The notes beneath the pieces are model-generated. The model worked only from the letters and a program-made list of their open reading frames with translations. It was not told the DNA's origin and made no database searches. Positions 1 to 12,325 of a stretch of 64,000 bases of DNA are shown here, piece after piece. The stretch lies in contig NC_042998.1 in assembly GCF_006345805.1 (NCBI RefSeq), forward strand, positions 124,062,001 to 124,126,000. The letters are read 5' to 3'. The DNA is from Octopus sinensis. Its lineage: Eukaryota. Both the position numbers and the translations under genes were made by a program. Each line of letters starts with the position of its first letter. Position 1 is the first letter of the stretch.

Positions 1-2817
1 CGGATTCCACCATACAAAAGTAACTGTTAATATTAGTTGCATAAGTGAAAGTTTTGTTAGTGCTTATGAGATAGTTTGACTCAAGTGAAACTATATATGC
101 ATTCAAGAACCAAAGTACACTGGTAGTCTCGATTAACCAGCAAATCAGTGATACGGTACATTACTTTCTATCAAAAGTGTTCATGAATAAAATATAAAAT
201 GTCTTCAAAGCTTTGTATAAACTCCATTTATACGATTTTAAATGCATGATCCTTCTCCTCCCATTAACTAAGTGAACTGAAACATAGAAAAATATATCTA
301 TCGTGCTGAAATACAGAAAAAAGTAGTTTACTTTATATTTTATTGAATATGTATTAGCTTGTATTCCTGAATATATTTGTGTCTATTTCACTTCAGCTGT
401 TTTGTACGGAGTTATTTTAGGCGGGGAAGTCTGAAATCGTTGTGGAAATGGGAAACGGCATGTCACCTATAACATTGTCAAGAATGTTTAATATGTAAGT
501 GCAGTGGAATATACACCAGAATCAGGCTATTGCATAGAAATCAGTAGCAATAATCTTCTATATTGATTTCTTATGCTGAGAATGGTCATAGGTTTATTTT
601 AAAAATAGGTTCTTTCTCCTATAACTTATTCTTTAAAAAAAAAAAGGAAAAACAAATTTGACCATACCTCTATTTGGAATCAAAGCTAACTACAAGGCAT
701 TTAAAAGCAATAAGTAGATTACATTTTCGTTTCCCTATCTCGCCCACATTTTTCGTTTTATTTTACTCCACTATTGTTTATCCGCGCCAGTGAGTAAAAT
801 TTATATGAAAGAAGTGATGGTGTTTCAGTTTTTCATGGAATATATATAATATAGGGGATTTATCATAGAATATATAATAATAAATGACAGTTTTCTTTTG
901 AAATTTACACTTACACTTTAATTCTTTTTATATTCAGCGAAGTAAACTGAATACTTAATCCTGAATACTCCCTTTTCCAGCGAATTTATTTAGTTACCCA
1001 ATCGTCATATACTTCGTTAATGATAGCTAAGTTGTTACTGACACGATCATTTTTGATGTCGTAATTGCTCCTGCTGAAAATTATCATAAATGTAGCTTTA
1101 TGAAGAATGGAGAAGCTAACGTGAAAATAATCGTACAGGATATGCATATGGATTTTTAGTAGAATTCATAATGATCACTGTTCTTTTGGATAAAAGACAA
1201 ACTAAAAATATTCACACACATTACTAGAATTTATAGAACGGCTAGAATTGCAAAGAAATACTGACGGAGATTTTATGGGGAATGAGATGAATATTTTAAA
1301 ATAATTTATCCTATCAATATAACTCAGGTAGAAAATTGCATCCCATTGCCTTTTCTAATTATTTCAGGGCATTTTAGATAATTTACTCGAAATAATTGAT
1401 TATTATTCTGGAAAATGACTGATTAATATCTCTGTCACCTCTTGTTCCCTAATCATTCAATTGGCTATGAAGATTCCATAAAATTGTTTATTAAGTTTTG
1501 ACTAAAGAAACGTAACCACTAGGGAGAAATAGATTATAAGTATTTGGTGTTGGGATTCGAAAATATACTTGTTAATCTTTTATCTTATTTTGATAGCATT
1601 AGTTAGATCAGTAAAGCTATAATTAATTTAAGACATAAGATAGAGATAAAAAATATATCTCACAGGCTAGTCATACATACTCAAACAGAAATTATCTATC
1701 ACATGAGGAAGTTATATTAGTCAATACATTACGAAAGATAACTTGAGTAATTCATAAAATCGAAAGTTTTATTCAAACTAAAACTAAACTTTCTTTTGCA
1801 CCCACAACATTATTATGACGTAAAAACTTTAATAAATGATTTTGTCTATGTAATATACTCATTTTACGATGTGAGAATGTGATGATGCATAAGATTACGA
1901 GTAGCGTTTCAAAATATTCTTTTCTGAAATTGAATGAATACTCTTTTGTATTTAGATAGATATTTACAAAGAAAAGGAATAGTTTCAGGACACTGATGAA
2001 TATCTTTAACCAACAGTAAAATATTTACCTACTGATAGTAAGCTGTCCTTTTTTTGTAATAAAATTCTTAAACAAGAAATATTTGCATCTAGATTCCAAG
2101 ATTAATGCACATCTCAAGACAGTATTACATATTTCTAGAAGCTTCTTTCTTAAAATTCCGTTTATATACACTAGTGCACACGTTCCATTCCAAATAGCAT
2201 ACACACATTCGCATACAAAAGCATTTTATAAGAATATCTTTTACTAAAATGCCTGTATGTGAGCGTGTGTGAGACTATGCGCATCTGTGTTGGTATATGT
2301 GAGTATGTGTAAGTGTAAATTTGCATCTGTGTAATCGATTGATGCTCAGAGAATGGTTCATCTGTTCATACGCTTATGTTCGAAAAGACGTGACATGTGG
2401 GGAATAAAATAAACATAAAGTGTTGATCATTCGATGAGCTTAGCCATTCATAAATGCGACGAACAATTTTGTGTATGAAGCAAAGAGAACGTTAATATAA
2501 TCAGTCACCTTATTCAGACAATAAATCAGAAATCAGAACCATATTGAACTATCGACAAGCTACCAAATTCCTATTGAAGAACTTTGAAAATGAACGTTAT
2601 AGCATGCCAGATGAAACCTCAGTCTAACAATGTTTATCACGAAATACTGAAATATAAGCTGCTAGTTTTTCATGATTTCCATCGAGAAACATAATTTGCT
2701 TCGGTAAAATGCCAATTTTCAAATGCCAGTAAGCAATAAAAATGTTATATCTGTCACACACATAAATGAATATATATTCATATTATAATATCTGTGTGCC
2801 TGTGTATGTATACAAAT

Positions 2818-2925
2818 GCATACATACATACACACATGCAAACATACATACACACATACATACACACATACATACATACATACATACATACATACATACA
2901 TACATACATACATACATACATACAT
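2818..2925. repeat. (ATAC)n microsatellite
   Basis: Direct tetranucleotide tandem repeat; explains the overlapping low-complexity ORFs at 2719-3064. Confidence 0.95.
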
Positions 2926-5045
2926 GCGTACATAGAGACATCAATACATGTGTGCAGCAGTTCAGAGAGATATGAGTGAACAATCGATAACTGTCACTGA
3001 TATTCTTTCTCAGGAAGTTCGGACTTATTCTAGGAATATTACAGATTGAGGGAAATACTTTCAACCATAGGGCGAAGTGGTTATAAAATTATCAGATGGA
3101 AGGATTGCCTCTAAAAGCATACGACGTCATTAGTTATCCCCTTAAACCTTGATTCAAAAACTTCAGGATAGAAAAGTACAAAGGAGGTACTGATACTTTT
3201 ACTGGTTATATCTTACTATTAGACTCCCGTGAAGACATAAATACACCAAACCGATTGATAATAGCAGGAATAAATGTGACAATCAAATAAATACTTTCAA
3301 ATGATTAAACATATTGACAAAGTGTATGATTGAAAGTAATTTTGAAAATATAACCTTAAACCAGCATTTGGGAAGGAAGGATTCCAGAACACGCTGTGAG
3401 ACTTAGAATTTAAAACAAAATGTGGTGTCAGGGAGATGGCGACATGGAATGAAATTGGTCGTGGTCATGCTGAATTATACGAAAGAATTTGATAATATTG
3501 TTCACTCTGTTTGAAGCCCTTGACGATTCGAAAGTTTCTGAGACCGTAATTACATTTTATATCTTAGTCCTGATTCACCAGCGTGATATAAAACACATGA
3601 AATGATTCAAATATTTATTGATATGATATAGTGTCCCACAGGTGTATTTCAAAAATGCATCATCTCTGGCATGTTGTTTATACTTTCAGTAAAACTGTCC
3701 TTTTATTTCTAAAGAAATCTAAATGGTATTTAGTTGGTTTACAACAACTTAACCTACCAATTCCTTATGGAGGAATTATCTAGTTTTGTTTGTGGTATTT
3801 TCTCTATAATTTATTTGATTAGATAAGGATTACGCAGGACGATTTACACTCTAGTATCACTGAATTGCATTTTTGGTCCAATATTGGTGTCAATATACTC
3901 GTGTATACCATTCTACTAAAAATTGTGACATCGTACCTCTGGAAAAAAACTCATTATTATATGCAAAAATCGATAATGCATTTCAGAACCCTGCTAATAG
4001 AATATTTGTGAGAAGATAATTACTTTAGTTATTGAAGATGAGGCACATATTATCATGCAAAAGTAAACAATCATATGAGGAAATGTTTAAAACCTGTTAT
4101 TTCTAAATGGAAAAAAATATTTATTTAAATTCAATAATATCCTATAATTACCCTACTTACTTGCGTAAGATGAAAAATGCAAATTCCTTAGCAATTAACT
4201 TGTCTGACTCTCTAAAATATAATAATGTGCAGTAAATGTAATAAAGATAATTATATTCTTTCAAATTTAAATACACCAGTGGAAAATGTTATTACTTCAA
4301 TATGCTGAATTTTTAATTTGTAAGTTTGTTTTCCTTTTTGCTGCCTTTTTTTAACAATTTGGATGTGTGTGTGTGTGTGCGTGTGCGAATGTTAGGTCAT
4401 TTGAAAGAATTGTGGCTGAGCGTGTATACGTTTGTGTATCCTGGTAATCAGTCTTGTTGTTTGTAAATGTTTTACCAGCTTTTTTTATCTGCCAATTAGT
4501 GTTGAATATATTTTCGTTGTCTGTAGAAACAATTATCGATTTTCATCTTACGACTAGAAAATAGTTCTTGTGTAATTGGGTCAATCTTTTATTTATCTAA
4601 AAAAAAAAGTCGTTAAATAAATTTCTTTGCATTTTTCATGCAGTTACATTTCACCTCGCACTTAATTAATCTCTTTTTATTTAATAATAAATACAAAGCA
4701 TCCTCATAATGAGATAATATTTCAGATATGTTTAATATAATGAAATCAAGAGCACAAAATATACATTTTTTTTCTCTCGGAATTTTTATGTTAGCATTAA
4801 AGTGCATATGTGTGAGAGTCATGCAGTGATACTTGCTTTGCTTTTTAAGTATTTTAATTTTAGACTAATTTGATATGAATTTGTATTTAAGCATTTTTAG
4901 CGTCAATACATAAACAGATACATAGTATTGGCATAATAGCCTCAGGATAAATTTTCTTTCCAGTGAACATTTAACACAGGTGATGGTACTTAAAAAAATT
5001 TATTTCTTTAACTAATTTAACCTTCATTCCCATCAGTTTTACGGT

Positions 5046-5136
5046 TTAACCGCCAAAGAACTTGTGTATCTTTGTCATGGCATGCGAAAGCCAAACAAAG
5101 ATACTCAAATTTCCTTCTCTGATTATTGGCGGTTAA
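5046..5136. other. ~90-bp imperfect hairpin flanked by TTAA (tiny piggyBac-type MITE or pre-miRNA-like)
   Basis: TTAACCGCCAA(5046)...TTGGCGGTTAA(5136); inner arms AACTTGTGTATCTTTGT / ACAAAGATACTCAAATT pair 15/17; apical TGGC...GCCA. Confidence 0.5.
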
Positions 5137-6566
5137 TTTTAAGTATAATCAAGAACACTCAAATATTAAGTACATATATTTGAATAAGTTTAGAAAGAAT
5201 TATTTCAATTATGTCATGACTTATTCTCAATATTTTCAACATATAAGTTCTTTTTCCGAAAACTTTGTACTTTTATGGTTGTTTATTCTCTAAAGTGTAT
5301 GTAGTTATTTAAATATAAATTCCCGATCAACCAGGCTTCAATTAAATGATTTTTTTCAAATCTATCTGCTCACATATTAAACTGTTAGCTATATATTATC
5401 TTTAATAATTATAACGGGTACAATATGGATCAACTCTAACATATTGAAGTTATATACTTTCGTAATCCCATAAATCCTGTTTGATTTCAATTTAAATTCG
5501 AATAATTTAATATCTTACGCCCTATTTGTCTTTAAATTTCTTTTACTGGGCCAAAACTAAGTTCAAACCTTTTTCAAATAAATCAATTGCGATATATCAG
5601 TTTCTTGATGGCAAATTCGGTAAACTCTGGTATTGGCTAATAAAAATAATAGTTGCAAGATTTACTGAATTATTTAACATACTGTTAAAGTTTCCAATAA
5701 TCAGGTATCTGCTGCATTGATGCAGATCTCTTTTCTAAGAAAAATGTATCAATTCCCAGAAATATGATGACACGTGGGAAAACCATTAACATAACGAAAA
5801 ATTTGAAATGGGGCTTTATGTTTTACTCAGAGAGAGCATAACTCACAAATCACTTTAAATTTTTCGACATCGACGAAAATTTTTTTAAATAAGTTCCGAT
5901 GACATAAATTGACTGAGGACTGATAAATATACAAATGATGTGGCAAATAATTATTGGCAAACAATTCCTTTACCATACGATTGCTTTGAAATACACACAC
6001 CAATCTACATATATCCATATATATGTAGCTCCATACCACCTCTCTTTCTCTCTTTCCTTCCCTCTTTCTCGATGTATATATATATGTTTGAGTATAGAGA
6101 GAGGATGGAGGGAGATAATTATATTTTTATGATTATAAAATATAGTGAGTTATTTCTTTCGCCAAGGGTGGCTTTCTGTATCAGTTATGACAAACAGACG
6201 AATCTAATTAGAAATGTGATTTAGGCGGAGGAGAAACAAACTGAAAACCACAATGCTTGCATTAGCTACTCATAGGATTCTTTGGTTAGTAATTGAAAAA
6301 CAAACAGCAAGAATAATTTATAATGGAGCGTAGGTAAATAATAGACGGAAGAGGACACAGTCATTTATGAAAAAATATATTTGAAAGCAGCTGTGTATAT
6401 TTCAGTGTAGTGGTGGGTGGTGTTTCCTTGCCTCTATGTGGGTTGGAAATGCATATGTAATGATATTTTTATAATCATCAAAGCTTTGCTACGCACAAAT
6501 TCGCCACGGAAGACAGAAACGATATATGTAAGAAGAATATAGCTGCACCCTGGTCATTCATATGTA

Positions 6567-7825
6567 TTGGATCATCCCATAAAGAAAGCGGATTCTGATA
6601 TTCATTTTATTTTTCAAAATTAAGATAAATTTCACTTTTAATATAAAATATATTCTCCTTCATTTTCTACAACGCTTCATCTATCTGGTAGACTTGTAAG
6701 GCCCCTCTTCCAAAATTCACTTGTCCGTGACGAAAAATATTCCTTCAGTACTGTTCTGACCTCATCTTCAGAATTCATATTTTTTCCGTCCAAACGATTT
6801 TGAAGACTGCGGAAGAAGTGATAATCAAATGGGGCAATATCCGGCTAATATGGTGGATGAGGTATCGTTTCCCATTCAAATTGCTCCAGCTTTTGGAATG
6901 TCATTCTCACTGTATGTGGTCAAGCATTATCCTGATGAAAGAACACCTTTTTAATCTCGAACACAAAGATGGTTGCTTTTCTTCTAGCACTGACTTAGGC
7001 CACTCAAGCTACTCGCAGTAGATCTCCTTTGTTTCTGTTTGGTATGATTTTAAAAGTTCAAAGTGGAATAAACATTTCATACCCCACCAAACAGATAACA
7101 ACGCTTTACGAAGGTGAACACCTTCTTTGGCCTGGGGTGCTGGTGTTTCACCTTTCCCTACCCACTCTCTCCGGCGCTTGACATTTTTTATAGAGACTCC
7201 ATTTCTCGTCACTAGTCACTATTCGGTCCAAAAAGGTGTCATTCGTGAGAGGTGACAGCAAAGAAGAGCACACATTCACTCTCTGCACGTGACTAGACTC
7301 GGAAAGTTTGTGAGGAACACGTTGACCCAGATTGCTGACTCTTCCGATGATTGGTTGAATGACCAAATCCAAGCTTCTCATCTAGTTCCCCAACAGTTAC
7401 ATGACATCTTGTTCCACCATGGTTTGGAGGACGTCCTAGCTGAGCTCTACAGATCTTGCAGGACGAGTCTATTAGACTGTAGTTTCCGGCTCAGAATTTC
7501 TGGAATCACCGTTGATGCTGACTTACACTTATTGTCCGATCTCCATAGGCTGCATTCATATTCCTCTCACTTTCCATTGCGTTGCTGCCTTAATTAAACT
7601 CAGCAAGCAAAACATGCCGAACATGCTCATTTATCACTTCCATTATAGTTTTGAAAACAGAACTGTTAAAATTCAACTGCACTCTTCAAAACTTGCACTA
7701 AGAATAAGGATAAGGTAAAATTAATACCTCTTTTTTTAGCAAGTTGACGTAGGTTATTTATCCCGCCCCCTCCGATTTTTAGTTCAGGAAATTGACAGAA
7801 CTGCATTATTTATAGGATGACACAA
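6567..7825 (-). mobile_element. Full-length decayed mariner (Tc1/mariner) transposon, ~1.26 kb
   Basis: Minus-strand motifs FLDRIVTSDEKW, HQDNA*PHT and PY*PDIAPFDYHFFRSLQN with stops and frameshifts. Degenerate TIRs TTGGATCATCCCATAAAG.. / ..TTTATAGGATGACACAA; TA on both flanks (6565-66, 7826-27). Confidence 0.92.
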
Positions 7826-7835
7826 TATATATATA

Positions 7836-7882
<47 letters not shown>

Positions 7883-7912
7883 TACATATATACATATATA
7901 CATATATACATA
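7826..7912. repeat. (TA)n/(TACA)n microsatellite abutting the mariner TA target site
   Basis: Direct sequence. Confidence 0.9.
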
Positions 7913-8163
7913 CGAATAAATAATCCAACATTATAATATCCGTAAGTTGATGAACAAACCAAATTTATTTCTCCATTTTTTTATTTGTATTATAAATTGA
8001 CGGTAAAAATATTTCTTTACCTTCACCCGTTTAATACATTAAATAACTTCATTGCATTGCAATTAAAAACATTTATGTATTAAGAATTTGGGTACTTTAC
8101 CAACAGTATATTGGATAAATGATATCCCATAGTGGGTTACACGCATAACCCCTATCTTACTTT

Positions 8164-8245
<82 letters not shown>

Positions 8246-8246
<1 letters not shown>

Positions 8247-8683
8247 AATATACCCAGGCCTATTCTCCATTTTTGGAGGGAGTAGCCACAATACACACAC
8301 TAGGCGTTCCATTTATTTCCCAGCTCAACTAGCTCAAAGAGGCGAGCCCCGTTCTATGCTCGGGTCAAGGCATAGAACGCAACCACCAATATCATCAGCG
8401 GGACCCAACAGCATATCCTGGTTTACCCCTGCCGTATCATGCTGGTTCCATACCCCTTTCAGCAACATCAAATTCGGTCATCCGTCCACAAACACTCTCC
8501 AAGCTCTCCTATCATTTATAAACTCTCTTTTATCTTTCACTCCTATACCTCTAACAAAAGCTTTCCTCACTCCATCCACCCACACAAACCGAGGTCTGTC
8601 TGGCTCTGCTGCCTACCACTTCTGCCTTCATCACTCTCCTTACCATCCGCTCTTCACCCATCCTCTCCATGTGGCCAAGCCAT
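8246..8683 (-). mobile_element. RTE-clade LINE 3' end (C-terminal ORF2 + 3' UTR), 5'-truncated
   Basis: Minus strand reads [40 protein letters not shown]...DRRAWRVFV, matching the RTE C-terminal WxGHxxRM...RP...W.D.V...DR..WR pattern; ends in an (AC)/(AT) repeat. Confidence 0.8.
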
Positions 8684-8742
8684 AAACATATGTGAGTATG
8701 TATGTCTGTGTGTATGTATGTCTGTGTATATGCATGTATGTA

Positions 8743-8796
8743 TCTCTCTCTCTCCCTCTCTCTCTCTCTCTCCCTCTCTCTCTCTCTTTCTCTATG

Positions 8797-8876
<80 letters not shown>
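8743..8876. repeat. (TC)n + (TA)n compound microsatellite
   Basis: Direct sequence. Confidence 0.95.
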
Positions 8877-9227
8877 AGACAAAGTAGAAAATGCTAAACT
8901 AATTTTATGAGGAAGAACATTTTAGTACCGATTTCAGTCTTTGTGACATTTTCAACAGAGAGTAAAGCATGAAAAACAATTAAAACAATTGTAGAAAAAT
9001 TAAATGAAATGTTTCTTTAAAATATTTCCATAGTTTTCAAATGTAAGGAACATTTTCCTTTTTTCTGTCTGTCTTTGTCTTTCTTTTTTACTCGTGTGGG
9101 GGCTTGGCAGGACTGCTACTACTAGAAGTTAGTTTTTTTCTGTGTGTGAAATTGATATTGTATCGCGCGAGGCGCTTGCCTCCACGTGTTGGAACCTTTT
9201 TGTAGAAGGTGAGTCGACCCCCAAGTC

Positions 9228-10483
9228 ATGGAGACTCACGCGAGGGTCGCTACAAAGAAAAGTGATTCGTCACTTACTGTAAGAGAAGTATTCTTTGCGA
9301 AGGAAAAACTGCTGAAACAAAAGAGGACAAGGAAAATAAGACAGTGACCTACACAACCCAAGATAGGAGTACACGAAAGCTAGCAAGAATAGCGATAGAC
9401 GAAATTGAAAAATGTCTGGGAGACATAATGGAGAGAATTACTTTTGTGAGCAGAGGCAAGAAGTTTGGTACGGTGGAGGTGAGATGTACAACAGAGGAAT
9501 TTGCAGCCTCGCTGGCTACCACCGTACCAAGAGCCGTAAAATTTACTATGTGGCCTTCATATAAGGGAAGAAGAGGGGTACGAGTCAAAATCCCGAATGT
9601 ACCCCCTGAAGTAAAGACAGAATGGCTGACAGCAGCCATTCTAGGGTCAGCAGAAGAGGAAATAGAAATTGGATCAATCAAGGAGTCCAACGTAGTGAAC
9701 TGGAATGGATACGGGGTAGAATTGTGGCTAATGGCCACAGCAGAAGATATTGAAAGGTTTCCCTTCAAAATTGAGATTGAAAACGAAAAATCCCTTAGCG
9801 TAATCGTGGAGGGGAGAAAACTTAACTGCTACTTGTGCGGGACAAGGGGGCACATAAAAAAGGAATGCCCGCTATATGAATTCGTAGCGGAGTATGAGCT
9901 GGAAAGGGAACTTGAAGAAAGGAACAATACACTAAATGGGAAAGAAAGCAAAGAAAAGGAAACAACGGGGAAACAACAAGAGAAGGGAAATAATAAGACA
10001 ATGAAGGAAAAAGACATCAGAGGGAAGGAATTAATAGAACCAAAACAGTGTCAAGAGAAAAAAAGGAAAGAGAAACAACAGGAAAAAAAACAAGAGAGGG
10101 AACAGAGTCAAGCGAAAGGATAGGACGGTACAGAAACTACAGGAAAGGAACATAAAGCACGGGATAAAGAGAAAACAGACAACGAGTTAAAAAGACAAGA
10201 GAAAGAAAGAGAAAGAAGAGAAGGCAAAAAGAAAGAAAGAGAGAAACAAAAAGAGAAGAACAAGGAGGAAATAAGTCCTAAAAGGAAGACGAATTAATTC
10301 ATAGGAGGGGATCAGTATTATTATGCGACAATGTTAACTCACAAGTGCTGCCCTGAAATGAGCAACTTAATAAGTGAAAAAGAAGGACATACATGGATTA
10401 AGATGGGAGACGAGGTGCGGCAAACGGGTGCTCTAATCCGTCAGGACAGAGCCGATGAGTTTCTCGAGGCTGCCGGAAGGTAG
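9228..10483 (+). pseudogene. L1/Tx1-type ORF1 (gag-like) with RRM-like region, CCHC zinc knuckle and K/E-rich tail; lightly disrupted
   Basis: 259-aa ORF 9344-10123 contains RVKIPNVPPEV and VIVEGRKLN-CYLCGTRGHIKKEC (CX2CX4HX4C). The same frame continues through TAG 10121 and TAA 10295 to TAG 10481. An upstream ATG at 9228 is in another frame (probable frameshift). Confidence 0.75.
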
Positions 10484-10589
10484 GTAGCGTGATAGGTAGC
10501 GTGAAGGTTCGATTGAGAAGGCATCCACGTGCAGTGGAGTACTTCAAAGAGCTGGAAACGGTAATAGAATACATGTCTAGGATCAATTC

Positions 10590-10960
10590 TGAGTAAATGT
10601 ATTTCGAAATTTTGGTAATGTAATTTGAAATTCTGGAAAATGTTGTTGAAATTATGTGATATGTATATTCGAAATTATGTGAAATGGTTTTTGAATGTGT
10701 ACTTTTGAAATTCTGTAAAATGTTTGTTGTAAACTTGTGAAATGTATTTTGAATTGAGAAAAGTAATTTTTGAAGCTCTGTAAAATGTTTGTTGAAATTT
10801 GTGATATGTATATTCGAAATGTGTTTTGAAAATGTATTTTGAAATGTTGAGAACGGTATTTTTGAAATTCTGTAGAATGTTTGTTGGAATTTTATGAAAA
10901 ATATTCTGAAAATGTATTTAGAAATTCGGTGAATTATAGTGTTATGTGGAAAAAAACTGA
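10590..10960 (+). repeat. Degenerate ~65-92-bp tandem repeats (4 units) in the putative 3' UTR
   Basis: Recurring GAAATTCTGTAAAATGTTTGTTG-like anchor at ~10627, 10707, 10772 and 10864. Confidence 0.75.
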
Positions 10961-11824
10961 CGAAAATGTAACCACTCGATTCCGGGGATCGAGTGGACAT
11001 TTACACCTCATTGTAAATATCTTTTCATAATTCATTAATATTTTAATTTTTTATCTTGTCATTCGCTTTTGTTATTTTAAGTTCCCCGGATGTGCTGTCC
11101 AATTCTGTATATAACCTTTATGGTGAATAAAAAAATCAGAACTGCTACTACTTGCTACCTGCTACCAAGACTTCACAAGAGTAAAACATTTTTTTTCGTC
11201 TTTGGTCAGTATGTGTTATTTCCTATTGGCGCCCATCTAGAAAATAAAGTAGATGATTATTATTCACTTCAAACTTTACTTTTGCTACCTAGACATCAAT
11301 GTGTGTGTGTGTATGCTTGTGCATATAGGTATGCATGTATAAGTATATATCTATTTGTCGGCGTGTCTGGACACACACACGTATGTATTCGTGGATGCCT
11401 GAGAGTGCATGTTTACATATAAATACATATATTTCCACTAATACATTTAACTACATTTGGACATACACTTTTATTACATAGATCTATATTGAGTTTTGTC
11501 AACGTTGATGCTGTTCGCTAAATGGACGCAAATGTATTTTTTTCCCAAATAAATTGCATTTTACATTTGAGGTTTCCTTGAAGCTATAAGGTGTTATTCA
11601 GGCACTCAAGTATGAGTCCTCTGCATTTTATAACAGAAACAGCTGTAAACTAGAACGTTCATGATATGAACATTAATCCCTATGTCATTGCCCTCACCTT
11701 TTTTCTTTTTGACGCTCTATACTCATGCATCACTTTATTTTGAAACATACTTATACTGAGTTTTACATCGAGTTATTGGTCTCGCAAAGCCTAAGCGAAA
11801 TATTAAAAGACAAGTTTATATATA

Positions 11825-12325
11825 TCTATATATATAAAACTGTAGTTGTGTGAGTGTCTGTCCCCTTCGATTTAGATTCCTCACTACTCCCACATTTTGC
11901 GGTGCAGTTTAACCAAATTCGGGTATCTTATAGTCGTGATTCATATCAAGCCCGTCTGAGTATTAGCGCGCGTCTACGATGAGTCTACGATTTTAAAAAT
12001 AATTTAACATAATTTTTTATTCCATTTTAATGCATAATTTTTCGTGTGTCGATGGCGGCGGAGTTGGCGTCCATGGTCACACCTGCACCTGTTTGCTTCT
12101 CCCCCTTCTTCCCTCCCTCGTGAAGCTATGGGGAAGGGAGTGTAAAGAAATCAACGTCGTAAAGCGTTGTCAAGGATACCAGCGTTCTTTTAGAACAACG
12201 ACTTCATGACTTGAATACACCAAAACGAAAGCCCGAATTTGCATCTATAAGGGAAGTAACTCTCTAAAAATGCTTATATAGTTATTTCCCTTACAAACCC
12301 GAGCAACGCCGGGCGATACTGCTAG
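11825..12325 (+). mobile_element. Non-autonomous Helitron (~500 bp)
   Basis: Inserted A|TC...CTAG|T; 5' TCTATATATATAAAA; subterminal GC hairpin CCCGAGCAACGCCGGG ~8 nt before CTAG. Confidence 0.8.

Larger units (their letters stand above)
9090..11000 (+). mobile_element. Candidate ORF1-only (HAL1-like) non-autonomous retroposon
   Basis: Putative 5' leader, then ORF1, then a T/G-rich repeated 3' region and a terminal hairpin. No APE/RT ORF2 follows. Boundaries are approximate; no TSD was identified. Confidence 0.55.

Noticed and set aside
421-494. Possible plus-strand exon (TTTTAG|...|GTAAGT; AGKSEIVVEMGNGMSPITLSRMFN)
   Set aside because: No recognisable homology, weak exonic donor context and no compatible neighbouring exon; compatible with chance.
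2719-3064. Several 60-90-aa ORFs (MYVC/HTYI repeats)
   Set aside because: Translations of microsatellites. The same applies to the poly-IY, poly-I/L, LS and ER ORFs throughout the window.
10398-11000. 200-aa minus ORF
   Set aside because: Antisense reading of the T/G-rich tandem 3' repeat; no protein-like motif.
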